DNA of 64,000 nucleotides, taken from the human T2T-CHM13v2.0 reference genome, Homo sapiens. The stretch lies in NCBI RefSeq assembly GCF_009914755.1, contig NC_060947.1; one strand, given 5' to 3'. How positions within the stretch are numbered: position 1 is the stretch's first letter; each line of letters starts with the position of its first letter. Positions 14,380 to 28,081 of the stretch are shown piece by piece. The notes below the pieces were generated by a model. That model made no database searches and was not told the origin of the DNA. It was given only the letters and a program-made list of their open reading frames with translations. Position numbers and translations under genes: made by a program.

Positions 14380-14800
14380 GAATGCAATGCAAAGGACAAT
14401 AAGGAAGAAAAGTTAGGAAACAAGGAGTATATATCCGGAAGTTCCAGCATTTATCTACTACAAATGCCAAATGAAAAAGAAGAGTTAAAAAATGGATAGG
14501 AAGTAATAGATAAAGCAATAATCAGAGAATATGTTCCAGAACTAAAGTAAGACATGAGCCCTCAGATTTAAAAGCCCCATCAGGTGTCAAGCAGGATGTA
14601 TGAAAAAGGACCCACACCTAGACACACTGTGGTGAAATTCCCGAACAATAAAGAAAAAATTTACTGATAGTTTCCAAAGAGTAAAACACATTGCCCTATG
14701 TCATTGATTCTTGCACCTTGCAGTGAAAATTCAGACGTCATTGATTTTGAATTTTCATAGGCAACATTGTGAAAGAAGAAGATGGGACACTATTTACAAT
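14380..14800 (+). mobile_element. HAL1 / old L1 ORF1-like remnant
   Basis: gttccagaactaaag ... catgagccctcagatt ... gacccacacctagacacactgtggtgaaatt. Confidence 0.55.
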
Positions 14801-15504
14801 AAGAAAATAAGATTTTCTTCAAAGTTCTATATCATCTTTATATTTATGTTATGTTATTACAAAAATATATTAAAATGTCTGCATTCCAAAGCAAAAAAGG
14901 TCCATAATCCCATCACCCGACCAAATCAATGTTTTCATTTATCCAGGTTTCCTTCTAGTTCTTGTTTATCTGCATATTCAAAGTTCACACAATTGCAATA
15001 GTATTAAAGGTAGAAATTATATTCTACTTGCTTGCTTTATAATATACCATGAGAATTTTTCTATTTGGTAGCCTTTCTTTGTTTCTTATCTTCCGCCACC
15101 TCTTCTTCTCTCTCATTCCTTCCCGCCCCTACTCAGGGTAACCAATGTTAACCTGATGTATATATTTCCACAACTCTGTGCATGGTCATATAAACATATA
15201 TCTACATGTTGCTTCTTTCCTTTGTGAGGGTTTTTTTTTAATTATGTCAGTTTAAACTCATTTATCTGCAACTTGTTCTCACATAACAGTACATCATGAA
15301 CTTACATCTCTCAAGGTTGATACTGTTCATAATGAGTCCTACTCATAATTTTTATTAGAAGAAAAATATTTCATGATATTCAAATTTAAGAATAATTTCA
15401 GATTGTTTCCAGTTTTTTCTGCTCATAATATTCAGATTGTTGCCAGTTTTTCTAGTATAAACATTAAATAGTATTATAATGAACATGTTTATACATATAA
15501 TACA

Positions 15505-15837
15505 CTTTTTTTTTTTTTGAGACAGAGACTTGCTCTGTCGCCCAGGCTGGAGTGCAGTGGGATGATCTTGGCTCACTGCAGCCTCAAACTCTCAAGCTCA
15601 AGCGATTCTTCCCCGCCACCCCACCCCTGTATCCCCGTGCCCAACTACCACCCCCACCCCCTTCCAAGTAGCTGGGACTACAGGTGAGCACCACCATGCC
15701 TGGCTAATTTTTGTATTTAGTAGAGGCGGGGTTTCGCCATGTTGCCCAGGCTGGTCTTGAACTCCTGGACTCAAGTGATCCCTCCACCTCGGCCTCCCAA
15801 AGTACTGGGATTAAAGGTGTGAGCCACTGTGCCCGGT
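15505..15837 (-). mobile_element. Alu, AluJb-like, with an internal C-rich expansion
   Basis: Reverse dimer. The usual ctcctgcctcagcctcc is replaced by a roughly 50-nt C-run tract at 15611-15661. Confidence 0.92.
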
Positions 15838-16490
15838 CTATAAATGTATTTCATATACATTTTTAACTAGGTAAAAGTGCCCAACATGAGATTACTGGAT
15901 CGAAATATATATTTACATAGTTTTTAAAAGCTTTTGTTCCTTCCTGTAAGAAATAGCTAAAAAAAAGGAAAAATATAAAAATGTTTTTGTATTTTATTTT
16001 AATAGGTGATATGTAATATGTACATGTGGGGAAAAAAATCAAACAGAAAAAAAATTCCTATCAGTCCTCCAATTCCCCTCACCAAAGAGAACTATTATTA
16101 AAATGTAACTTTCCAGAGATATTGACACAAGTAAATATACTTGTTTTGAATTGAATTTTCCATTCAAACAGTTACAGCCAGATTACTTCCCTGAGAGGCG
16201 GTGGCAATTCAAAATCCTACTTGCGATACATCATAGTGCCCTTTTTCTAGCTAAGTGGTCAGTACTGTTAGCACACTTAAATTTTCTCTGTGTAGTTAAA
16301 AAATTGATATCTCATTGTTATGGTAATTTGCATTTTCTTGATGACTAATGAAGATGAGGATATTTCCATTTATTTATTGGCCATTTTCATTTCCTCTTCT
16401 TTTTAATCCTTATTCACACCCCTTGCCTAATTTTTTCAATTGATTACTTTTATGTTACTTTGCAGAAACTCTTTGTATACTACAGATATT

Positions 16491-16848
16491 AAAATGTGGT
16501 ACATATACACCATGAAATATTATGCAAACATAAAAAGGAATGAGATCATGTCCTTTGCAGGGACATGGATGGAGCTGGAAGCCGTTTATCTTCAGCAAAC
16601 TAACACAGGAACAGAAAACCAAACACCGCATGTTCTCACTTATAAGTGAGAGCTGAACAGTGAGAACATATGGACACTGTGGGGATGTGCAGAGAGCATT
16701 AGGGAAAAGAGCTAATGCATGCTGGGCTTAATACCTAGGTGATGGGTTGATAGGAGCAGCAAACCACCGTGGCACACGTTTACATATGTAACAAACCTGC
16801 ACATCCTGCACACGTACCCTGGAACTTAAAAATAAAAAAGAAAAAAAG
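16491..16848 (+). mobile_element. L1PA (older, about PA10-13) 3' fragment
   Basis: aaaatgtggtacatatacaccatg ... gctgggcttaatacctaggtgatgggttg ... ccctggaacttaaaa plus an A tail. Small internal deletion near 16677. Confidence 0.88.
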
Positions 16849-17539
16849 TTTCTGTTTGTAAAATATGTTGTAAATCTTGTCCCATTAGCTTTTGAATTTA
16901 TGATTTTTTTCATTAAAAATGTAATATTTTGTGTATTGTAATATCTATTATTACTTATCTAATTTCTATATTTCCTCCATGGCTTAAGAAGGTTTCTCCA
17001 ACCCCAGACTATAATATATTCTCTCAAGTTTTCCTTTAAAATTCCTATTCTTTTGTTTTCTATAAATAATTTAATATTTAATTTTAATACATTTGGAGTT
17101 AGATAGGGTGTGAAATAAGGATTCAACTTTGCTTCTAGATGGATAGCCAAATTTACCCACACTGTTAAATAGATTTTTATTTTTTTCCACAGAACTGAAA
17201 TTTTACTTTGTTTAATTTCTAAATTGTTATATGTATGTTAGACTCTCCATTCCCCTTCATTTAACTGTGTGGATATTCTTGCAACATTACCACTCCTTCA
17301 ATTTTTTTTTTCAAAATTTCCCAACTCTTCTTGCTTATTTCCTCTACCTCTTAAAATTTAGAATCAGCCTGTCAGGCTCCATTAAAAAATTCTATTGGGC
17401 TATAATTGGAACTGCACAGGATTTACAGATTAATTTGATGAGAAATGTCATCTTTATAAAATTGAGCCTTTTCATCTAGGAATTTGGCATATTTCTCCAT
17501 TTATTCAAGTTGTCTTTTTTGTGGAGAAACTACTAGCAA

Positions 17540-18020
17540 CACTGTTACAGCTATTTGGGAAGACAATTTGGCCATATCTTATTACAGTAGACGTGTACAC
17601 ATCCTCATGGCCACCTATTTCTTCTTATGAATCTCGAATTAAATCTATACTCAAATATGACCTACAGTATTGTCTATAGTAGCCACAAAAAAGAAAAAAT
17701 CGGAAATAACCTAAGTATCCATCGATAGAGAAATACAGAATGTATCACCATGCATCTTCTGAATAATTATGCAACAATTAACTAAAATGAGGTAGATCTA
17801 CATGTTTTGATATGAAGCAATAACCAAGACAAATCATTAAGAAAACAAAGTACATTATTGAGTACACATCACCAAGCTAATAAAATGGTCATTTCAATGC
17901 AAAGGATTGATGTGGAAGATGAGGTAAAGAGCAATTTTCACATTCTATTGTTTGACTTTTTTCCAATGAGAATTCATTCATGTATTATCCATGTAATTAA
18001 AAATAAGAACAACTTACAAA
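17540..18020 (+). mobile_element. Old L1ME 3' fragment
   Basis: ggaaataacctaagtatccatcgatagag ... aaaatgaggtagatctacatgt ... cattcatgtattatccatgtaattaaaaa. Confidence 0.55.
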
Positions 18021-18369
18021 AAATGTTTAAAAGCACAAGTGATTTGAAAGTATTATTTTTAACAGGCCACACATAATAGAATTTCAAGATCCAAATGTTC
18101 TCACATATTGCCCAATAAAATGGTGCAATTTATCCACTACTTAGATGCAATCCAAAAGAAACCAACCTCACAAATGTATGTAAAAGTGACAGACTGGAAA
18201 CAATCATATTAAGAAGCAGGTAGTTGTAATAGAAAATGGTAGCTAAACTCTAGGAGAAAGGAAAGAACTCCTTCTCTTGGCCAATCAGAATCCATCTTTA
18301 GTTAATTGGCCTTCTTGTATAGGCAATTTTATTAGAAAACAAACCATTCCTTTTACCTGATATATATGT

Positions 18370-18610
18370 GTAACATAGTGGTTAAGACTTTGGAGTCATG
18401 GATTTGATTCCTGCTTCTGCCATTCACCAGCTTTATAACCTTAAGCATACCTGGTATTTAATTCATTGTTCTTTATTTTTTCTGATCTGTATGATGTAGG
18501 CACCTCATAGGATTGTAGGGAGAGTTAAAGGAATTACTATCTGTAAAGTGCTTAAAGTGGTGCCTGCTGAAAAGTAATTGCACTCAATGTTAGCTATTAT
18601 CAATATTATT
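18370..18610 (+). mobile_element. MIR, near full length
   Basis: tagtggttaagactttggagtca ... ctcataggattgtagggagagttaaa ... gtaaagtgctta ... tgttagctattat. Confidence 0.8.
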
Positions 18611-18614
18611 AGTA

Positions 18615-18845
18615 TTTGTTCAATTCAACAAATATTTATTTTCTAGCCACCATGTGTCAGATGCTCTGCTAGCCATTGGTAATACAGAGGTGACTAAGAA
18701 TCAGTCTTTGTCATCAAAAAAGCTTACTTAATGTGGAAAAAATAGACACACGTGTCCATGTCAATGCAATGTGATAAGTATTTGAAAAGAACAATTGCTC
18801 AGTGCTCTTAGCATACAAAGGGGATTCACTCAACCCAACAATGGG
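18615..18845 (-). mobile_element. L2 3' end
   Basis: ttcaattcaacaaatatttatt ... catgtgtcagatgctctgctagcc. Confidence 0.65.
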
Positions 18846-19060
18846 GAGGGAAAAGTGGAGGAGTAGGGTATATTTGATATGGAAAACTCAAATCACAACT
18901 TCCTCTCTATTCCCTTTTCTCATTAAGAGAGAGAACATCCTTGGTAGATTATTTACTCCTCTCCAAACCTAAAAGTGACTCACCAAAATTTATGTCAGGA
19001 CAAGATATTCTGATTTCAACTCTAGCTTGGCAACCAAGAGTCACCATTATAAGACATGAC

Positions 19061-19311
19061 AGAGTTGCTCTGCAGGACAAGTTGGGAAACAACTACAAAA
19101 TCATGTTGTAAACTTCACAGGGAGTCAAGATTTCACAGGGTGCCAGCCTTTCATAACATAGTTTCCACATTCAGTGAGCATTTTATGGTAAGCTTCCAAA
19201 GATTGTGTTTCACAACAAATAACTAAACTCTCTGCCAAAGACTTGAGCTTGTATAAACTCAAGATAAACATGAGTCTGAATTGCATCTCTACTTAAAAAA
19301 AAAAAAAAAAA
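19061..19311 (+). other. PolyA-tailed, TSD-flanked insert of unrecognised sequence (candidate truncated retrocopy or orphan L1 transduction)
   Basis: aagacatgac at 19051-19060 and 19310-19319. A17 at 19295-19311. GATAAA at 19263-19268, 26 nt before the tail. No Alu or L1 similarity recognised. Confidence 0.6.
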
Positions 19312-20865
19312 GACATGACGATGGCTTGTATTAACTGGCATATATTATCAAGGAAGTATTAGGTTACTCTCCAACCATAGGTCACAATCTTACAAGAGCC
19401 AGACTGAATATTTAAGAAAGAGACATAAAAAATCTGATATTGATTAAAAGACCAACGTATAAGACTGGAATGGATTAAAGGAATACGGAAAGCTTTCCAA
19501 CTAATTCAGTAAGTACTACCCGCTCTGAGACAAGGAAAAATAAGTGATTTCTTGCCCATAAGAGCTCATGGTCTAGTCGGAAAAACAAAGTGCACATACA
19601 GAAAATTGAACGCTGTCAACTCTTAAACAATATGAACATAAAGTCTAGGTTTGAGCAATTGGGATTTTAGCTAGATTTTTAACAAGGATTATACATCTTT
19701 TGTGAAAAACTTATAATGACCTTTCAACACCTACAGGAGAAATCTGGTTTTCTCACTTTATTCCACACTGTATCCCAATAATCCCCTGGTCAAGCTAGAA
19801 AGGCTTAACAGTAGGCCTCAAGTTTCCCATCTGAAATATTTTTCTGTACAAATCCTAACCATGGGTAACTATATTAATCCCATCTCCTCCATTAAACTTT
19901 TGTAGCTATAGCACCCTATGCTCTGAACCTCCACTGAATACTCCTACCACTTATCAGGAGTCTCCAGTCTGATATCCTTTGGCAATCCCCACCTCTACCA
20001 CAAAAAATGGGTCATGATTGAAGAAAATTACAAAATACTTCAAAACGGAAGCACACAGTCACCTTATATGGCCCAAATGACTCACAGGCCACCAACAATT
20101 GACTGCATCTTAATTGACCTAGTTTATGTATCTAAGGAAACAAGAGTTGACCAAAACAAAAAAGAGAAAACAAATCTCAAAAGCTAGAGGTGGCATTGTC
20201 CAGACAGCACCTTCCTGGGGAGAGGGAGGCTTGGGCCCTGGACTTAAGTATTTTCTATTCCCTAAAGCAAAGCATCCTTCATATGGAAAGTATACAGATG
20301 CTTCTATCTAACAGACTTCACATATTTCTGATCCCACTGGTGCCAGCATTTCCTACCTACTGGTAGAAACTCCGGTGGATGTGCCCCCACCACAATCTGC
20401 ATTTTTAAAGTCAGCTTTATTGCAGTATAATTTACATATTGTAAAAATCACCCATTTTAGGAGTATAGCCTATGAGTTTTGACAAAAGTATAATCATAAT
20501 CAAGATACAGAATATATTATTTAACTTCTTATATACATTTGTCAACAAGGAGGAAATGCACTATTTATAAAGGCATGCTTGTAACAATTATTTTTCACTA
20601 AAAAGATACTTTTGTATTAGCTTAGCTAGAATGAGTCCATACTTAATGAACTGACAAAATCCTGAAAAAAAGAGAAAGAAGATTGTCCTCTCAGACCTAA
20701 ATTATATCAACACAATATATTCGATCAGAATTCCAAAAAGTTACCTAAAGAGGCAGAATATTTCACAGACCTGCAAGCCTTCTTGATTGTAACCTGATTG
20801 CAAATATTGTATTAACAGTGTCTCAAGCAACAGAGAGGTTGGTTTGATCAGTTATTTTCTAGATG

Positions 20866-21390
<525 letters not shown>

Positions 21391-21892
21391 AATCTCTCAA
21401 AATAATATTAATACAAATTGGCCTGAACTATGTGAAGAGATTATAATGAACAAAAGTAATGTCTTAGATAATTTCTCAAGGTTGCTTTTATTTTCAACCC
21501 TATGAATTCACCAGATGACCTATTTTTATCCAGATACAGGCTCTATGCCTCTAATAAAAAAGTTCTTAGAAGGAAGCATAATATTTTGTTTTAAAATAAT
21601 TGATACTTCAAATTATATTTTTGGGCCCAGTAAAAATACATTGTCTAAAATGAAGATTTTAAGAGAATCATTCACTGTAATGGATGACTAAGATTTAATC
21701 CAAATGTGATGACTTTAGCCTTAGGTCATATAAATATCTATGTGGGCATTAATACTTAAAGAGTTAGAGGAAGGAGAATAGGTTATAAATATTGCAGAGG
21801 TAGAATACGAGGAATGTTAAATAAGTGAATTACCAGTCTTCATTACAGCAGCAAAATTGTTATGTAAGGCCACATGCATATATTAATTTTAG

Positions 21893-22010
21893 TCAATATT
21901 TATTGAGTACCAACTACGTGTCAACAGTTGTGAAGCATAAGATGAATCAAACATAACCCCTGCCTTCAAGGAGCTTATACTCTGGTAGAGTGTAAGACAT
22001 GATGAATGAA
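21893..22010 (-). mobile_element. L2 3' end
   Basis: aatatttattgagtaccaactacgtgtca ... ccctgccttcaaggagcttata. Confidence 0.7.
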
Positions 22011-23164
22011 ATAGCACAACAGGTTAGTCAAATATTACTGCAATTCAACAGACTAAATTGGTATTTTCCAAAAGCTATCAAATGTGCCTTACAAAAGTTA
22101 GTCAAGTAACTATTTACACATTTTATTGTTAATGTATCTCCCCAGAGTAGAAGAATTGTTGTCTTTGCTAAAGAAAAAAACAACCTCTTAGGAGCAACAT
22201 GAAGTTAATTAAGCTAATGTGATTGTCTAAAAAGCATGTCTAGTGGAAGAAATGTAACTGAAAGCAAAATGAAGAACTTTCAGACCTAAGAAACTCATTC
22301 CAACATGTTCTCATCTGGTCTCAATATGGAATCAGTCCGCAGTTATTTTAAAAACTGTTTAAGATTCGTAAAAGTCACACGACTGGTGGGAAAATTCTTG
22401 GCAGTTGAAATATTTACAAATGCAAAGTGAATCATGTTGTGAAAGTACTATCTGCAGCTTCCTTAATTAAATCAATTGCATATTGATTTATTCATTAAAG
22501 CTAAAATGTAAAGTGTATGATAAGGTCACTCCTTTTGGGTACTTAATGGATTTATTAACCGTGAAAATCACCATTAAGAATAACCTTTTAAAGGCCAAGT
22601 TAATATGACAATTTTGATTTTTTAAACCACACGTTGCATTATTTTCAGCTTTCTCAAATCGGAGTACTTTGGTCTGGTCCTTATAATGTGGTTAAGTCGG
22701 TGTAGCAAACATTTGCATCTGCCAGATCTAACTCAGGGTCACCAAGATTTTCTATCTGTCCCAATGCTTGTCATACATGAGGCCCAGAAGCCAGACATAA
22801 TATATCTTTTGGTCATTCTCACTCAAGAGCTGGTCTATCACTCAAGGCTTCTCACCAAAGCCTGAGGGCCTTGACTGATTCAACAACAAGAGCTTCCCTG
22901 CGTTGTCTCTGTTTTGGTACTCACTTACTCAGATTAAAATTTTTACTCTGATTTATGACCCTGGCTTTTGTTCTATGTCCCTAGTATATTAATCCCATTT
23001 CCTGGGCCTTAATCATTATCAAATTGCATTTCTCCCTGTCTTCTCTTGCCTGATACCTTGATTCCAGTAAATCACTTTGTTTCTCTAACCTAAACCTCAA
23101 TCTTTGGGTTACATATGTTCCAATTTCTGCCACATGTTATACTGATCAGAATTTTAATGATAAA

Positions 23165-24170
23165 GTTCATATTCATTCATTCATGTAACAAACATGTATT
23201 TACCTGTGCAAAGCACTCTCTTAGCTTTAGTGATACAAAGATGAATGAAACAAAATCCTTGTACTCAGGAAGCTTGCAGTCTAATGACAGATACAGAGAA
23301 ATAAACCAACAATTGGCATAGAATATGCTATAAAAGTATTATGTAAAGGGAGCCATGCAAACGCAAAGGGGGATACTAACGAAGACTTCTAAGAGAAGAT
23401 GATATTCAAACTGAATCTTGAGGGCCAGACAGGAGTTAGCAAGGCAGAGAAAATGATTAAGTAAGAAGGCAGGGAGAGTGTTCCAAGAACAGGAAGCAAC
23501 ATATGTAAGCAAGAGACAGCATGGCAGATTGGAGGAACTACAAGTGGTTTAATATGACTGAAACATATTTGTGACAAAGTGGTGAAATGTAAGACTGGTT
23601 GCAGCCAGATGATGAAAAGCCTCCTTGTACTCTGTTCTATCTAGATGAAGGGAACCCACTGAGACTGATTAACTGGAGGAGTACTATATTCAGACACGTG
23701 TTTTAGATTACTCTCCAGGATTGTGGAAGTCAGATTAGAGACAGGTGAAAGAGGGTGAACCGAGGAGACACTTACTATAATTCAGATAATATGTAATGAG
23801 GGACCAAAATAAGATGGTAGCAATAGAAATGGAAACAGGAGGATGGAAGTACAAGAGTAAGAGATATTGTAGTATGAGACCATATAGAACTTGACAAATC
23901 ATTGGACACAGGAGAAAAAGTGTAAGCTAACTCTGAGGTTACATATCAGAAGAAATTATAGGTGAAAGTTTGATGCAGCCGATGGCTTCTTTAATGATGT
24001 TGAGTGGGTGGCAGTATATAGGGTGGCAGTATATAAGCATCAAAGTGGAGATACCTAGCAAGCAGTTGGGAATGCATTTCTGTGGCTCAAGATGAGAGTT
24101 GTGGTTGGGATAGATGTGAGAGTTATCTTCATAGAGGTTATAGCTTATAGGAATGGATATGGAGAGTAAA
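23165..24170 (-). mobile_element. L2, about 1 kb remnant
   Basis: ttcattcattcatgtaacaaacatgtatt ... aggaagcttgcagtctaatg ... ctgaatcttgaggg ... gtggagatacctagcaagcagttgg. Confidence 0.75.
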
Positions 24171-24777
24171 TAAAATCTGAAATTATTTTTAAAGGAAAAA
24201 TGAAATTCCAGATAAGGCTAGAATTTCAGTCAGTTTAACATTTTTGACATACAACATGTACAGTGTCAAGAGGAAAGTTACTATCTTATCCTTTCATTTC
24301 TAAAAGGTTTCAACTCATTCTTTTCAAAGTATTTCCTCTTAGTCCCATGTGATCCTCCTCACAAATGCCCTTTGAGATCGATAGACGAGTATTATCCCCT
24401 TTATAAGAACTCCCTTGTAATCATAGTACCTGTTTCTTCCCTCCGTCAGACACCTGATGCCAGACAAACCTAAAGACCTTTGCCCTGCTGCCACCCATGC
24501 CCCAGCATGACACTCATTTTATAGGTGTAAGGGCCAGGGCACTAAGTGTTCAAATGTTTGTAGGAGGCCACACAACAAACCAGTGCAGGAAGAATGTTAA
24601 GAACTCAGGATTACTGACTCCATGTATAGGGCTACTTGCACTACATTTTATCATGAACTCTCCAGGAATCCACCTATTTCACAAAGCAAAGCAAAGAATA
24701 CTATCAATATTGGATTTAAATATACAAATATATAGCTGTTGAAATATACTATTTATAGACATATGACAAAAAGGTGA

Positions 24778-25407
<630 letters not shown>

Positions 25408-26388
25408 TTATTAAAGTGACATAGTATACTTTAAAAATAGCTTGGAAGTTCTCACAAAAACACAGAAGGCAAAAACTACAAAAGAGAGAGGTTCTGTCTG
25501 AAAATAAGGAGGTAAGGTTTTGCATACTGTACAAGGTACATGGAAGAAAAGGGGGAAGGGTGTATAGGCAATACTAAGATATCTTCCAATAATTTGGAAA
25601 TTATTCTTACTCTCTAATAGTTACACTATAAAATCAAGGCCTAATGGACCAGGTCATAGATAAACAAGACACATTAAAGAAAAAGAATGTCTCCCAGGCT
25701 AGAGCAAGGCTAACAAAATATATTAACATATCTAAAGAATGAGTGAGTCCCTGAGAAAGTGGGCTTAGTCAGACAGGAAAGTTTAGGAAGAAGAGAATGA
25801 CAAAGGCCTTGACCTGGGCATCCCAGCACTGTCCAGGAGAGAAAATGTTAGGGCCATAAGACACTTTCATCTCTTTCACAGCTACATACCTACTCCAGAA
25901 GTGGACACATCACTCCTTCAGAGTGAGTTGTCGTTACACATGAATTTCATCAAGAAACAGTTCCGTTTCTAAGCTGAAACTTAGAGGAGCATGCAACACT
26001 ACTTGTGTGCTCCTCAAGTCCCCCTCCTGTTTGGTAGGGCTTTCTATGGGGAGAGAACACTTTGATCATGTCAACATGAGTGTTCCATCCACTGTGAGAT
26101 TTGTATTTTTTGTCATAAATAAATTTTTTGTCAATCTGAATTCTTTCTTGTAAATTTAGTCAATATGAGTTCATCTCTGGGCCACAGAGCCCATCTCCAG
26201 GTATAGACAAATCAGATTTCTGAGGCTAACTTGGTAATCCACCAACACCAACCTTGGAAGTGCCTTTTATTCACACTTGAAGGGGAAGAGATGTACAAAA
26301 TCAATACCTTAGTAATTGCTATACAAGCTACACAAAAAGCCTGGGTAAGTGATGGCATAGTGTGTTTCGTTGATAAAAATGTGGTGCC

Positions 26389-26842
26389 CTTGGAACCAAC
26401 CCAAATGTCCAACAATGATAGACTGGATTAAGAAAATGTGGCACATATACACCATGGAATATTATGCAGCCATAAAAAAGGATGAGTTCATGTCCTTTGT
26501 AGGGACATGGATGAAGCTGGAAACCATCATTCTCAGCAAACTATCACAAGGACAAAAAACCAAACACCACATGTTCTCACTCATAGGTGGGAATTGAACA
26601 ATGAGAACACATGGGCACAGGAAGGGGAACATCACACACTGGGGCCTGTTGTGGGGTGGGGGGAGGGGGGAGGGATAGCATTAGGAGATATACCTAATGT
26701 AAAATGACGAGTTAATGGGTGCAGCACACCAACATGGCACATGTATACATATGTAACAAACCTGCACGTTGTGCACATGTGCCCTAAAACTTAAAGTATA
26801 ATTTAAAAAAAAAAAAGAATTCCATGGTGAAAAAAAAAAAAA
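26389..26842 (+). mobile_element. L1PA4-like 3' fragment with a short 3' transduction
   Basis: L1 3' end (G-rich tract, ccctaaaacttaaagtataat), then polyA, gaattccatggtg and a second polyA. TSD aaaaatgtggtgcc at 26375-26388 and 26838-26851. Confidence 0.93.
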
Positions 26843-27094
26843 TGTGGTGCCAAGAAGCAAGAATGGTAAGCTTACAAAGATGGTAAGTTTACAAAACAGT
26901 TTTCAGATATTGTTCTCTTTGGGCTGAGTCTGATTCCCAGATATAGAACTTTGCCTACTATCTAACTCAGTTACACATATACTGATGGTCTGACCTCAAA
27001 TATGCTTATATAGCACTGTGTGAACTATGTGAGTGTGTACATTCTCCTTTTCTCCTCCCTTTCTCTCTGAAAAGTGGACCAGTAGAACAAACAG

Positions 27095-27245
27095 ATGTTT
27101 CAGAGTTACACAGATGTGGGTTTGAATCTCAATTCCACCACTTCTCAGTTTCTTATTTTCTCTTTGTCTCTAAAATGGAGATAATAACAATATCTCATAG
27201 AACCATTGTGAAAATTAAATGAGATAATATGGGTATAAGTACCCA
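27095..27245 (+). mobile_element. MIR fragment
   Basis: cagatgtgggtttgaatctc ... taaaatggagataataac ... attaaatgagataat. Confidence 0.75.
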
Positions 27246-27673
27246 AAAGTAAGTTTCCTTCCTGTTCTTTTCCATCCCTTGGCCTGTTCAATTTAAAAAC
27301 AAACACACATGCACCTTATTCCATATAACCATAAGTTTTATGAGAGCAGAGATCAAAGCTGATTTTTGTTTACCACTCAGTCCCTGCTTTATGGCTTTTA
27401 GTGGGTCATCAAATATATTTTGAACTATAAAGTCAGATTGGTTAAGAAATTGAGGTTCTGTTTAATTGAATTTTCCAGTCAGCTTAGGGATCCCTCTTAG
27501 TTGACAAAAACAAAAAACAAACAAACAAAAACCTACCATATACTTTAAAGGCTTCTATCAATAAAAAGGCTTTATCAGGTGTCACTTCTGTAGAATCTGT
27601 TGTAAGACCTTTGATTAATCAATGTAAAGTGATTTTTTTAAAATATTTTTGTCTGAAACTTCAGATAGGCAAC

Positions 27674-28081
27674 TATATTCATTTGGCAGTGCTGCTATAA
27701 CAAACTACAACAAACTGAGTCCCGTAAACAACAGAAATATATTGTCTCACAGTTTTGGAAACTGGAAATCAGAGATCAAGGTATCAGCAGAGTTGGCGCC
27801 TCCTGAGGGCGACCAGGGAAGGATCTGTTCCCAGCCTCTCTCCTTAGCTTGAAGATGACTGTCTTCTCCCTATGTCTCTTTACATCATCTTCCTCTGTGT
27901 ATGTCTTTGTGTCCAAATGTTCAAATTCTCTTATTTTTACAAGTACACCAGCGATATTCGATTAGGGTCCACCTCAATGACCTCATCTTAACTAATTCCC
28001 AAAATAACATCAAATTCTGAAGTACTGGATGTTAAAACATCAACACATGAATTATTGGGAGACACAATTTAACCCACAACA
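27674..28081 (-). mobile_element. MaLR solo LTR, MLT1B/C-like
   Basis: gctgctataacaaactac ... gtctcacagttttgga ... gattagggtccacc ... ggagacacaatttaacccacaaca. 5-bp TSD gcaac/acaac. Confidence 0.85.

Larger units (their letters stand above)
14850..17520 (-). mobile_element. Fragmented old L1M (L1ME-like) carrying younger Alu and L1PA insertions
   Basis: Diagnostic pieces: tatctcattgttatggtaatttgcattttcttgatgactaatga, ttggccattttcatttcctctt, aaatttagaatcagcctgtca, atttctccatttattcaagt. Confidence 0.6.
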
